A stretch of DNA of 64,000 bases from Pristiophorus japonicus (lineage: Eukaryota), in contig NC_091977.1 in NCBI RefSeq assembly GCF_044704955.1, forward strand, positions 38,254,001-38,318,000. Direction: 5' to 3'. Below, one piece after another: positions 1-13,067 of this stretch (position 1 is its first letter; every line of letters begins with the position of its first letter). The position numbers and the translations under genes are program-made. Under the pieces are notes generated by a model, which was not told the origin of the DNA, did no database searches, and saw nothing but the letters and a program-made list of their open reading frames with translations.

Positions 1-503
1 TAAATAACCTTCTAAAACACCGAAACACAGCATAATAAATAAAAAAAACACCTCACACATTTAAAATTAATTGAAATTAAATGTAATTAAATATTTTAGA
101 AAAAAAAAATCGGGGAGGAATATTTTAAAATTTGTTTTGATAGGATTAAAAATAAACTTACCTTAATGTACAGGGTTTTTAATATAAAAGTGATTTAACA
201 TAAATTTACTTTTTATATGTTTTAAATGTGTTATGCTGGTAAAGGTAGGCTATAAGCCTGATTTTACCAGGCGTAAAAGTTTGAATGTCATTCACTGGGC
301 ATGAGTTGAGCAAATAGCCCAATCTCGCCCGTGCGGATGTCCTTCTCCTGGGGATGCGGAGGATCTGTCTAGAGAAATCTTGACAGAAGGGAACAGCCAG
401 TTTTCAGCGCATGCACATCATGCCCCGAAAATTGGCTTTTGCGAGGCCTCAGCGGGACCATGCGCACTCTGTACGGAACCGGCAAGGCCGGAATCTTCGG
501 CCC
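1..503. mobile_element. Right part of a non-autonomous PIF/Harbinger-type MITE (left end outside window)
   Basis: Ends in GAATCTTCGGCCC followed by AAT, like other GGG-terminated elements here; AT-rich core with a minus-strand AAGGTAAGTT donor at ~154-163. Confidence 0.55.
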
Positions 504-809
504 AATGTTTGTGCTGCTCCAGGCTCCACAAAAAGTAATCTGGCCTGCTGCCGTGCAGTGTTTAATCCTCCCTTCAGGGAATGGAGCTCCCTCTGATCCT
601 GCCGTTTTCCGGGACCAGAGCCGACCCAGGCTGCCCAATATTGTGGTAGCGACAGTCCAAGGCTGCCTCAGGGCTCTCTTTCGCAGCCAACAGTCTGGGA
701 CAGTGTTGAGCGGTCAGTCAGCACACTCCATCAGTGGGTTCGTCATTCGAAAGCCCCGGGGATGAAGGGAGTTTAGCAAATCTACCCCAATCTGTCATTA
801 TTTACCTCA

Positions 810-1140
810 TCATGTCCCTTAGAATCTTGAAGACCTTAATCAAATCGCCCCTTAACTTTCTCAGCTCTAGTGACGAAAGCGCTAAATTCTTAGGTTTCTC
901 TAAATAACAATTATCCATTATCCCTGGTTAATTAATCAATGCCGTAGTTTTCTTCTATTACTTTCATATCCTCCTGTAATGGAGTGACTAGCTATGCACA
1001 ATACTCCAACCACGGCCTAATGATGGTCTTGTATAAGTTCAACATTGCCTCCTTACTTATTTTATCCCTCTCTGTGCAAAACCTCGGATTTTGCTTGCCT
1101 TTTTATCGACATGTGGTGTCATCTTTACTGACCTGTGTGT
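810..1140 (-). mobile_element. Old, diverged CR1 LINE fragment
   Basis: Antisense resemblance to the CR1 ORF2 C-terminal region (caatactcc..., ttgtataagttcaacatt), as in better-preserved copies in the window. Confidence 0.45.
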
Positions 1141-1182
1141 CTGCACACAAAGCTCCTCTGCTCCCTTTAAAACCCTATTACA

Positions 1183-1660
1183 GTGTAAGCTGTGGCTCAG
1201 TGGGTAGCACACTCACCTCTGAGTCACAAGGTTGTGGGTTTAAGTCTCACTTGAAGTCTTTCCAGAAACTTGAGCGCAAAAATCTAGGCTGACACTCCAG
1301 TGCAGTGCTGAGGGAGCGCAGCACTGTCGGAGGTGCTGTCTTTTGGATGAGATGTTAAACCGAGGCCCTGTCTACTCTCTCAGGTGGATATATAAGATTC
1401 CATGGCACTATTTCAAAGAAGATCAAGGGAATTATCCCCGGTGTCCTGGCCAATATTTATCCCTCAATCAACAGAAACAAAACAGTTTATCTGGTCATTA
1501 CAACATTGCTGTTTGTGGGAGTTTGCTGTACTCTAATTGACTGCCATGTTTCCCACATTACCACAGTGACGACACTCCAAAAGTACTTCATTGGCTGTAA
1601 AGTGCTTTGAGACGTCTGGTGGTCATGAAAGGCGCTATATAAATCCAAGTCTTCCTTTTT
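1183..1660 (+). mobile_element. tRNA-derived Deu-domain SINE (SacSINE1-like), full length
   Basis: A box TGGCTCAGTGGG and degenerate B box; Deu-like core gatgagatgttaaaccgagg...ccatggcactatt...gtcctggccaa; L2-like tail gaaaggcgctatataaat. Confidence 0.85.
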
Positions 1661-2429
1661 ATTATTAGTTATGATATATTTCAGTTCACTATTCTCACTT
1701 CCAAAATGTATGACTTCATATTTTTCTACTTTGAACTGCCTTTGCAGCCCATCAGTCTCTCATGGCAGCTGATGTATGAAATAGTATCATACAGGCATCA
1801 CACGTCTTTCCTGGATTTCAACCTGACGTTCCAAGTTTTTGTTCACAGAAAATTATTTCAAAGGTGATTTTTTTTTGTTGGTTTGTGCAGCAGATGTTAC
1901 TCGTTCAGCCTTTGTCTTTTTCTCTTTTCTATCTTCTATTTCAAACTTCCTTGCTCTGTCTATTTTTCTGTCATTTTTCCTCAGTCACCTCTTAATCTTT
2001 GTCTTTCTCCCATTGAAAAACTGTTAGTTGTGTGAAAACCTGCGATTGAATCTTATTTAAATGACATTTTTCTTGCAAATACTTCCAAACATTCAATATG
2101 AATCGTAGTATTTATTCTACATTCCATGGGGGAAACTAATAGTTAAACTGAAGCATTTACTTTGACATGATTAAGCATAAATTATAATGAATTCTTTTTC
2201 GGTTCAAATATGCAAGTTTTTAAATTACAAAGTGTCTCTGAGTGATGTCCTGCCCTTGCACAACAGGACTGAACCAGTCTATAAATTCGTACATGGCTTA
2301 TATTTTTTCGTTAAATAGCAAAAATATCTCTTAATGACAAGTATGGATTGAAATCTGCTGTGAAGCAAAGGCCAAGGACTACATCCCACGGGGTCAGTTT
2401 CTGCTTGTTTCCATTGGTTATATCTGGGC

Positions 2430-3103
2430 GGAATCAACCGAACCAGCGCAAAAGATCGGGGAATTTTAAACATGAGTTACGCCCAAAAATTACTTAAGGT
2501 CACGTCTTCCGCTGACTCGAAATTCCAACGGATCAGGCCCCACCCACAAAACTGGCCACACCCCCAGGTTGAAATTGCTAGATACCATCGATTGCACTGG
2601 TTCGGGAGGGCTCTTCAAATTGTACACATTGTCTTAGGCACACAGGCACTAGTAGATGCCTTTTGAACTTTATTTTAAATCAAAAAATATTTAATTTACT
2701 TTGAAACTGACTAGTGTGCACCAATGAAACTATTAAATGGTTCAGTTTAGCATTTTAATGGCATTTTCAATTATTTTTGAATCAGGTTACTCACAGGTAG
2801 AGGACTGGACACTATTATTAAAGATGCTTATTTTTGGTGATAAACCCATTTTCAGCTGTACTAATAAAACTGTGCCAGGTATCCACTCCAATACATCAAG
2901 GAGCACTTTTTAATGGAAGGACAAAACAAAAGTAACAATTATGTTTTATTTCATTGCTCGATTGTGCTGGTTCATGGAAGATTTTACGTTTGTGATTGTG
3001 CAAATTAATTTTCATGGGATTAAAAGTGCAACCTAACCAGTGCGATTTCTAGCACATTTTGGGTGCAATGTCCCGAATGCACCTGAAGGAGAAATTCTGC
3101 CCT
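2430..3103. mobile_element. Old Harbinger-type MITE remnant
   Basis: Right end GAAATTCTGCCC, GC-richer subterminal segments around an AT-rich core; left end eroded. Confidence 0.35.
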
Positions 3104-3904
3104 GACCGGTTTTTCAAAGGCATTTGAAAGAGAAGTACGAATTCCAATTTTTTTTTTATTTTAATACTTATTTTTCCCCAGTATTAAGAAATTGGTTGTT
3201 AGTCAAATGGGAACAAAGAACTGCTGGCAAAGACGAGCACTGCTGATTATGCAAAACCGAGGGGCTGAGCACATCCCTTAACAAATTCCACTTTAACCAC
3301 TTTGTCCAATTGCAGAGCTCACATTGTGATTAAACCTTCATACGCTTGTCTCCCTAGCTACAGTGAATGGTCTGCATTATCATTTCTTCTGATCTTCTAC
3401 AATTTATGGCTGTTGCTCATCAACTTCTGCCCATGCCAAAGTGATGTAGCATGCGGTATACGGCTAGAATGTTGAACAACTTCTTGGGAGCGTATTGTAA
3501 AGCCTTCCCCCTCTGCTCTGCAGTCAGCCCCGATATTTAATGCATTGCTGTGGCAGCAAATTGCCTGTTCATTGATATCCACATGTCTCGCTGTACCTTT
3601 CCTTCGAGAGGACCAGATTTATCTGACCTATCACCAGCCAAGATTGCAATGCATAGCTAATACGTCTGTTCTTTCTCCTTCAAAGAGTTGTTATACTTTA
3701 GGCTGCCTCAGATGGAAAGCAGTAGGCTCCCCTTTTGGGATTGGTGATAATCATTTTCAGCCAGTGGTTGCATGCTGTTTCTCTGTTGATAGACTGACAG
3801 TTGTGCACCTTGCAGAAGCCAACAAATGACAGTTGCTTCTTGCTGCAAAAATATTTGGATTTGTGTGTTTGTGTTCATACAGGGCTTCAGAAACCTGCTT
3901 AATA

Positions 3905-4292
3905 CAACAACAACTTGTATTTATTAGCATCTTTAACGTAGTGAAATGTCCCAAGGCACTTCACAGGAGTATTTTCAGATAAAAAATTTGACACTAAGCC
4001 GTATAAGGAGAAAGCTTGATCAGAGGTAGGTTTTAAGGAGCGTCCTGAAGGAGGTAGCGAGGCGGAGAGGTTTAGGCAGCGAGTTCCAGAGCTTGGTGCT
4101 TAGGCAACAGAAGGCACGGCCACCAATGGTTGAGCAATTATAATCAGGGATGCTCAAGAGGGCAGAATTAGAGGAGTGCAGAAATCTCGGGGGAGGTTGT
4201 AGGCTGGAGAAGATTACAGAGATAGGGAGGGGCGAGGCCATTGAGGGATTTGAAAACAAAGATGACAATTTTGAAATCAAGGCGTTCCTTAA
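3905..4292 (-). mobile_element. L2 LINE 3' fragment
   Basis: ORF 4020-4295 ends STIGGRAF...LWNSLP...FRTLLKTYL (L2 ORF2 C-terminus); tail gatgctaataaatacaagttgttgttg. Confidence 0.8.
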
Positions 4293-4496
4293 CATTGATT
4301 AATAATGTGATATTGTGCAACGTGGTTGCTTTCTGAGATCTTCAGTGTGGGTGGTTGAAGATTTCTCATTGTACAAAAATTGAGTGTAGTGATGATCTTG
4401 TGCCACGTAGATGGTCAACTGTCCCTTCTTCTTGGACCTGATAAGTCACAGCCTCTCTGTTGACCCTGAACCTCATAATACATCGTTCCTCTGTTA

Positions 4497-4655
4497 ATAT
4501 TCACAAATCACTGAAAGTTAACATGCAGATACAGCAAGCAATTAGAAAAGCGAATGGTATGTTGGCTTTCATGACAAGGGGATTTGTGTCTAACAGTAAA
4601 GACATCTTACTGCAATTATATAGGGCTCTGGTGATACCACACCGAGAGTATTGGG
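4497..4655 (+). mobile_element. CR1 ORF2 fragment
   Basis: Translates HKSLKVNMQIQQAIRKANGMLAF...LQLYRALV. Confidence 0.75.
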
Positions 4656-4896
4656 TCGGGTTTTTATTTTTGAAATTTTAACCACCCTCCACCCTCTCCT
4701 GCCCATCCCCCATTGTTCATGCAGATTAGTTTTGAATTTATCCCCCCCTTCAACTGCAGGCCATGTCCTCTGGTTCTCCTGTTCTGGATGAAATGAAACA
4801 GCTTGCCGTACTCTACTTCACCTAGTCCCTTTCGAATCCTGAAAACAGCAACCGTCTCTTTTTTTTCTCTTTATCTTAGTGCTGTTTCGAGTTGCT

Positions 4897-5662
4897 CCCT
4901 TTATGACCAACTTCCTGGCTGATTGAAAAAAAGACAAAGAGCTGAATTTCGCTCTTTGTCTTTTTTTTTCAATCGGCCAGGAAGACGGTCATTAAAGGGG
5001 ACAGAAGTACGGCGGTAAGTGCTGGTGAGGGGCAGAAGTGGAGGCGGGACAGATTCTCAGCCGCTGCACTCAGCAGCGGAGCAATGGTGACGTCATTGCA
5101 GGCCTGCGTCATCACGTATCTCGCCTCCGTTAAAGGGGAGAGAATCGACCATCAGTCGCGATCGGACACTGGACCACCAGGGAGGGTTTCAGCCGGGCCA
5201 GCGGCCTGACACCCATGATAGGGTGCCAGGCTGCCTGTTGGCGGCCTGGCTGAACCTGGAGGTGCAATAGTCCGATCGACATAGAAGTTGGCGGCAAAAT
5301 AATTAAATGGCTGCTGCGGCATTGGGCCCTCACCTTTAATGGTTGCCACACAGCCAGGGCAGAGAAAAAGCATACAAGGTGCACCGACAGAAAAAGCTGT
5401 CGAGGGCACTGCTCGGCAGCGATAAGATTTTGCTTGCTAAATTTTGCTGGAGGTGGGGGGGTCCCGGCGGTGTGCGCACTGATGACGCACGCACGGCTGG
5501 TCAGCAGTGGCGGGGCAGAAGTGGGGACCACCAGAAAACACCCCGAGCTGAATTTAGCTTGCGACGGCCATTTGACCAGAAATCAGCGGCAGATCAATTT
5601 CACTGCATGGCTGCCGCAAACGGACAGTAACGGGCCTTATTGGGGAGCTGAATTTCGGCCCC
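4897..5662. mobile_element. Harbinger-type GC-rich MITE, left end replaced by a hairpin
   Basis: Right TIR GAATTTCGGCCCC then AAT; CpG-rich body; internal CGGTAAGT at 5013-5020; abuts a SINE fragment. Confidence 0.6.
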
Positions 5663-5826
5663 AATCTGTTTTAATGACGTTGATTGAGGGATAAATATTG
5701 GCTAGGACACCAGTGATAGCTCCCCTGTTCTTCTTCGAAATAGTGCCATGGGATCTTTTACATCCGCCTGAGAGAGCAGACCGGGCCTCGGTTTAATGTC
5801 TCATCCGAAAGACGGCACCTCCGACA
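5663..5826 (-). mobile_element. Deu-SINE internal fragment
   Basis: Reverse complement of the SINE core (ttgattgagggataaatattgg...gtgccatgggatc...catccgaaagacggcacctcc). Confidence 0.8.
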
Positions 5827-8234
5827 TGATGAGAAATGCCAACATGACTGAGAATGGTAGAATAAAAAATTCTGATTCAAATTGGCAGCTTCTACTCTGG
5901 GAAATGTTGCAAATCTGCAATGAAGGTGGTGTGAGTTTTATTTGAAAACAATGTGAGAACAGCTACTTGAAACCTTAACTTTTGTCTTGGAAGTCTTCAA
6001 AAATGATATGTTTTGATACATTTGATTGCACTTTAGACGATAAAAGTTGTGATGATAAGCTGTGCTTGTAACATATTCTTCCTATCAAATGTGTGACCAT
6101 ACAATACACTGATAATGTCAGCAGTGTTGGGTGGTTGATATGAAGTACAAGAAAGGCATGCAAAATTGAACTTGCCTTTTTCAGACCTTGTGCAAGGAAG
6201 TTTAACCTCTCGCATTCAAATCTGTGGAGGTTTGGATGCTATGAAAGATTCATTTTATGTTTCAAGCCTTCATATTCCCTTGTTTAATTCTCATTCCTTA
6301 TTAGCTGCTCAATGTAGAAAGACCAGTTATGTGACATTTGGGATGCAGCAGAATCATATGAGAAGAGGGATAGAAGGAACGCAAGATTAATATTGTATTC
6401 CAGTGACACAGTCTGAAAGCTGAGATTTACCTCCAAAAAGCTCTTTTGATCAAGGTACATTCAGGACAGACAAAACTTTATTCCAGATTTCTACTCAACT
6501 TGAAAGCCCAACAGTATGCTCCAATATACAAAAACTGCACTGGGGAATGCAGTATCAGCCGAGCTCCAAAGTGGAATCTGCTGCTTTCAAATCCCAGGAA
6601 CATCAGTTGCTCAAATCTGCCTATCTCAATCAGTTGAATTTTGTCAGTTCTGTGCCCATTACCAGATGGAATGCAACTTAAAAGTATAGCTTCCATCATG
6701 GAGCTGGGGGAGAAGGCGAGAGGGAAGCAGGAGGTGAGAGAGGGACTGCTGTTGATTGCCTTACCCTGCTTGAAGAGCACCTTCTACTATTGGTGACAGG
6801 AGGTAACACACAGAGGTAACTTGCTTTTATCCATCCGTCCTCTTGGCTGCTGGAAGGGAATTGGAAATAAAGACATTTGTTAATTGCTACTGGAGTTCCA
6901 GAAACATAGCACTTAATTGGAAACTTGTATCATCCCAGCCCAGTTCCTACCTTTCTTTTTTTTTTAAACTGTCCTCAATATGAGGGCCAATGGAAAGAGA
7001 TGCTTCATTTCTATGCTTCCAGCATCCACTCTTAGGACACAAGAAAAGTTGGATCTTGGCCTTGTTCGAGGCACTGGTCCGGAAACTCCTTGGGTCACAA
7101 CTCCGGCAGTGATGGCCGGAATGCGGCCAGTGATGTTCTTCAGCACTGACTCCACCTAAGTTTGAGGAGTCAGTGGGACGACACCCGATTAATGTGGTAG
7201 ATGGGCACATGGGCAACTGTGGATGTGTCTGTAGTATCCGCCTGCCATGGAAATTCCAGCCTTGGTGTGCCCTTGGGGACTGGTGGGGGGCGTGGGGGTG
7301 GGGCGGAGAGGGCTTGACTAGGCCACCTCCCCCAACCTGAGTGATCTTCTCCTTGTTCTCTTGCGCAAGGCAAATGGTGCGGGAGAATTTTTGTTTTTGC
7401 TTGCCTGGCTTCCTCCCCATCAGTGTCCTTATAAGGTGTGGACAGAAGGTACCGCCCCTTAAAAGGCATTCAGGAAATTCCCAGAAAAGGCATACACCTG
7501 GCATTACTGGGCCACTTGCATTTTCCTGGGAATTCCTCCAGTCTCCCACCAGTGTCCTCTCAGCAGATTGGCAGAACCCCCATGGAATTTCAGGCTCTCA
7601 GAGTTTAGTGGCATTATATTTGCATAAGCAGCCCAAGGACTGTGGGCCTGCTGTGTGTGGTGCCCCATCAAAGTAGAAGTAATGGAAATTGATTTTTCCA
7701 GTTTTAAGCTGTAAGAATTTCTATCTTGTTTATTTTGAGACAAACGTGTAGCAAGACCAAGGAATTAAAATCAAAAATATAAGCCATAGCAACTGTATTC
7801 TGAGATGTTCCTCGGCCTTTTGTCCTGTTAATCTGCAAGTAAAGCGAATACATGACTTTGAGAAATAAATGTAATTAAGTCAAATGTTGTTTGGCTAAGC
7901 TTTATTTGTGGAAACAGTTTATATCTCTAAGTTCCTTTTGTCTCTGGTCTGTGGCTAAAGGAAATAATTATATGTTGGACAGTTTTTATTATGAAGGATA
8001 CCTTTTAATCATCCATTGTGTTAGCTTGAACAACAAAGAGAAATGATAAACCCTGCTCTCATTACTCCATTTGGCCTGTACACGATACGCTCCATGAATG
8101 TTCATTTCTTATGTTGAGCTTCTCATTGGACCAAATCTTGCTGGAAAAATAATGATGTGTTAACCACGCATGCCATTATTAATGTGCAAATTAACCAACA
8201 AGTTCAGAGGATTAAAAGGTATACCATGAGTTGT

Positions 8235-8470
8235 GAATAGAACAGAAATTTATGGTGCAGAAGGAGGCCATTCAGCCCATCGTGTCTGCACTGGTCAAAA
8301 AAGAGCTATCCAGCCAAATCCCATTTTCCAGCTCTTGGTCCATAACCTTGCAGTGCATATCCAAATAATTTTTAAGTGTGATGGTTTCAGCCTCTACCAT
8401 CCTTTCAGGCAGTGAGTTCAAAACCCCCACCACCCTCGGGCTGATAAAAAGTTCTCCTCAACTCCCCACC
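8235..8470 (-). mobile_element. CR1 3' end fragment inside an old MITE-like sequence
   Basis: Antisense CR1 3' UTR (gaaggaggccattcagccc..., accatcctttcaggcagtgagttc). Confidence 0.65.
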
Positions 8471-9061
8471 AATTTATCATCTCCAGAACTTGCTGGTCAA
8501 TTTACGTCACTCCGTCATTTACCTCACACAAACGATATCTTGCCCTCAGTCTCCCTGTTATTTTTGAAGACCTTGATGGATTTGCTCATTATTTGACCAT
8601 TAAACTCGCCACAGAAAGTTAGGATTGATAATTAAGTGCATCAGTACACCTTTTAACAATGTTATAATTGTTAATGCAATGCAAATCAACCTCTCCGGCC
8701 CAGAAAGGAAACATTTTAATCTGTTCAGTCTCATTCCTACATGTAGTCAATTCTTCCACATTTTAAATGTTTACAGTTTTTCTTACTGTTCATTTTTGCC
8801 TCTTTTTTTTCTCTTTCTGTATCAATTTTGACTCCAATTCGCACTACTTCCCTGTCGTTCTTTTGTTTCTTTCTCTGTGGGAGCTAAAACATGCCATTGA
8901 TGCAGTTCCAGTCGTTATACCGGGATTGCATCTGCAGGCGATCTCTGCCACTGAGCAGAATAAATAGCAATGCCAATCTTTCTCGCAGGCACACCAAAAC
9001 TGTTTTGAAAAAGAAAAGTTCTCTTTGTTAGCGATTATCTTCTTCAACATCTGGATACAAT

Positions 9062-9588
9062 CGACCAAATTTTGCTGGAGCATGCGGGGACAGCGGGAAA
9101 TCACCTGTTCAATATGTTGTTGCTGGTGGGTATCAGCGCAACTGGTGGGCACCTACGTGCCTGTCCTAGCAAGCTGAACAATGCGATGATAGGTTTGGGG
9201 TGGGAAATTTATCATCTGCACTCCCTCAGACCCCGTTTTAAGGGGGCTGCATTTCTTTTTTAAATGCAACTTAATCTTCAGGGAGCTTGCTTGTTTCCTT
9301 AGTCTGGCCTACCAGGTGAACCTCATTTCTTCGGGGAACAGGTAAACCTTTACTTCCTGGGTGTGCCAGCCAGCGAAGATGCTCGGACCTTCTGCGAGGC
9401 CAAGGTTGTGGCCATGACTCCTTAGTGTCATTTAGCGAGGAGTCCGTGGAGGCTGTCATTTACAAAGCCCCAAATGAACATCCAAGGCGAACCATGACCC
9501 AGTATATCTGGGTAGTGACCTATATATTGGGTCTTCGAACTCATTTCCTGCCAGAGCTGTGGCAGGAATACTTCAGAATTTCGGCTCC
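9062..9588. mobile_element. Old Harbinger-type MITE
   Basis: Degenerate termini CGACCAAATTTTG / CAGAATTTCGGCTCC; internal CAGGTAAAC. Confidence 0.45.
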
Positions 9589-10038
9589 AGGACTGACATA
9601 TGAGGAGAGACTGGATCGACTGGGCCTCTATTCACTGGAGTTTAGAAGGATGAGAGGGGATCTCATAGAAATATATAAAATTCTGACGGGACTGGACACG
9701 TTAGATGCAGGAAGAATGTTCCCAATGTTTGGGAAGTCCAGAACCAGAGGATAAGGGGTAAGCCATTTAGGACTGAGATGAGGAGAAACTTCTTCACTCA
9801 GAGAGTTGTTAACGTGGAATTCCCTACCGCAGAGAGTTGTTGATGCCAGTTCGTTGGCTATATTCAAGAGGGAGTTAGATATGGCCCTTACGGCTATAGG
9901 GATCAGGGGTATGGAGAGAAAGCAGGAAAGGGATACTGAGGTGAATGATCAGCCATGATCTTATTGAATGGTGGTGCAGGCTCGAAGGGCCGAATGGCTT
10001 ACTCTTGCACCTATTTTCTATGTTTCTATGTTTCTATG
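9589..10038 (+). mobile_element. Young CR1 3' fragment
   Basis: GLTYEERLDRLGLYSLEFRRMRGDLIE...; (TTCTATGT)n tail. Confidence 0.9.
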
Positions 10039-11079
10039 ACCGTTGTGTTGTTTTTCCACTTATCAACGGAATTAGGAATATATGGTAATATCTCAGACTA
10101 TTGTTGGTGAAGGGTAAATCATTCGCCTTACAGGATACTTTCCCATACACATCACACACAAGGTTATGTTTTAATTTACAGAAAATGCAAGTTTGTCCAT
10201 GGAAACTTATTTTTGTAGTGTGAGAACAGTATCAGCCTCCATCATAAGAGGGCTTACAAAGCGAGAATAATAAATATGGAAAACTGAAGTCGGTTCTTGT
10301 TTGTCTAGTGAATTGAGAATAACTTTAACTCTAGAGTATACAAACTACCATGTCAACCAGCGTTCCAGATTCCTCGAAGTCTTTCGATATTCAAGTGGGT
10401 CTAAAATGGACATCTGGCTATCCCAAGCTGCTACATTATTCTAAAGTCAGCTATCAAAGTAGAATTCAAGTTTATGTGCAGCAGGGGACAACACCGCAGT
10501 TATTTGGAAAGAGTTACTTGATTTTCTTCAGAACTTGAGGTCCGTGAGCCAGAAGTTTTTGTGGCCAAGCCAATTCCAAGCTGAGCGAAGGATCTGGCAT
10601 GGTACTTGGAGGCAATAAATATAAATAAAGGATACACAAAGCTGCGTGAGGTAAGACCTCGTCCATGAAGAGTGGTTGCAAGATGGACTTGTTGGTATTT
10701 GGTGCTCGAATGGGCTGTGCTGTGGCCTGGGCAACTTCATTGATATTGTTTCTCGTCCCGTCTGAGGAAATCAGAGAAAATTAAATACTTAGTCGTGCAA
10801 ATTTAAAAACAATTCTCAGTCCAACGAGTTAGCAGCAAGACGTGAGGGGTTGAATTTCCATTCCTGCCAGGAGCATATTTCCAAAATTGGGCTCCCATTT
10901 TTTCAGTCATGGCTATTCCCGCAAGAAGCATATATTCATCCACGTGGTGTCGGCCAAACTGACTTCATTCTCTTTCGGCCTCAGATTGTTGCCCAACATC
11001 CTAAAGTGAATAGTTTAGAATTGATCGTGAAGTAGAAAAACTTACTGTTGGCACTGACCTAGGACTGACAGAGTGAGCC

Positions 11080-12163
11080 ATCAATCTAGATGAATTTTTT
11101 GAGGAGGTCACTAATGCAGCAGATAAGGGAGTGTCTCTGGATGTTATTTATATGGACTTTCAGAAGGTATTCAATAGGGTTCCACAAAAGAGACTGTTAG
11201 GAAACATGGAAGCACATGGAATTGGAGGAAACCTATTGACATGGGCAGGGAATTGGTTAGGAGATAGGATTCATAGAGTAGGGATAATGGGTATGTATTC
11301 AAAGTGGCAGGATGTGACTAGCGGTGGCCCCTAGGGATCCGTTCTGGGGCTCACCTTTTCAGTATATTTCTAAACGATTTGGATGAAGGAATAGGGAGCC
11401 ATAATGCAAGTTTGCTCACAACACTAAGTTAGGTGGCACAGTAAGTGGTGTAGATGCAGGCCGAAAGTTGCAAAGGGACATTGTTAGATTAAGTAAGTGG
11501 GCAGAGTTGTGGCAGAAGTAACTCAACATGGGGAAGTGTGAGGCCATCCACTTTGGGTCTCAGAAAAATAGATCAGAGTATTTTCGAAATGATGAGAATC
11601 TAGAAACTGCGGAAGAACAGAGACATTTAGGGGTTCAAGTACAGAAGTCACTAAAAGCAAGTGGACACGTATGAAAAATCATTAACAATTCAACAAACTG
11701 ATTTCTGGGATTGGTGGATTGTCCTATGATGAGAGATTGTGTAGACTAGGTCTATATTTTCTAGAGTTTCGAAGAATGAAAGCTGTTCTCATTGAAACAT
11801 ACAAAATTCTTACAGGCCTTGACAGTAAAATGCAGGGAGAATGTTTCCCCTGGCTGGAGAGTCTAAAGCCAGGGGGTCACAGTCTCAGAATAAGGGGTCG
11901 GCCACTTAGGACTGAGATGAGGAGAAATTTCTTCACTTGGAGGGTGGTGAATTTTTGGAATTCTCTACCCCAGAGGGCTGTGGAAGCTCAGTCGTTGAGT
12001 ATATTCAAGACAGAGGTCGGTAAATATTTGGAAACAAAGGGATATGAGGATAGTGAGGGAAGGTGGGGTTGAGGAAGAAGATCAGCCATGATCTTGTTGA
12101 ATGGTGGAGCAGGCTCAAAGGGCCAAATGGCCTCCTTCTGCTGCTATTTCTTACGTTCTTATG
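11080..12163 (+). mobile_element. Degenerate CR1 (RT region to 3' end, internal deletion ~11680)
   Basis: DVIYMDFQKVF..., SYDERLCRLGLYFLEFRR; tail ttcttacgttcttatg. Confidence 0.85.
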
Positions 12164-12179
12164 GAATGTTAACCTTCCT

Positions 12180-12730
12180 CTCAAGGGGGCTGGAATGCAA
12201 AGGAAGTTGCACTACAGTTGTATAAACCTCTGGTCAGACTGCATCTGGAGTACTGTGCTCAGTTCTGGGCACTGCAGCTCAGGAAGGATATATTGGCTTT
12301 GGAGGGCGTGCAGTGCAGATTCACCAGAATGACACTGGGGCTGAGAGGGTTAAAATATAAGGAAAGGTTGCACAGACTTGGCTTACATTCCCTCGAGTAC
12401 AAGATGTTTAAGATGATTAAAGGATTTGATAGGGGAGATAGAGAGAAGCTATTTCCTCTGCTCAGGGAGTCGAGAGCAAGGGGGCATAACCTTAAAATTA
12501 GAGCTCGACAGTTCAGGGATGGTGTCAGGAAGCATTTCTTCTCCCAAAGGGCAGTAGAAATCTGGAACTCTCTCCCGTAAAAGCTATTAAAGCTACTTCA
12601 ATTTAAAATTTTTGAACTGAGATTGATAGATTATTGTTAGGTAAAGGTATTAGGGGGATATGGAACCAAGGCTGGTAAATGGAGTTAAGATAGAGATCAG
12701 TTATGATCTAATTGAATGACTATTGCTGCT
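12180..12730 (+). mobile_element. CR1 3' fragment (second subfamily)
   Basis: ORF 12218-12580 YKPLVRLHLEYCAQFW...WNSLP. Confidence 0.85.
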
Positions 12731-13067
12731 GGATCATCTCGAAGTTGCAGTGAAATCTGAGGATGTAGACAACCTATAATTAAATAATATTTACAGAGCC
12801 GTATCTGTGATTTAAAAAATCAAGAAATGTATTTATCAAAACTGTTGGATGTTAGCAGATACAGATCAGAATATACATTGTGTATAAGATTACAGTTTAA
12901 AAAGTGCTCAACAATGGTCCCAGAACATTCCCTCTAGAACAGAATTGATTTGGGATCACTGGATACCTTGCAAAGGTATCTGGGTCAATATCTGTGGGGA
13001 CGAGGGATTGAGAGTTACAGAGACGGCTGAAGTGCCTTTTTCAAAAGAGGCGGATAAGAAAGTTAAT

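Noticed and set aside
1183-1260. tRNA gene
   Set aside because: A/B boxes belong to the SINE head; no cloverleaf or terminator.
6947-7549. 200-aa minus-strand ORF
   Set aside because: No recognisable domain; overlaps an old MITE-like GC-rich block ending GAATTTCAGGCT.
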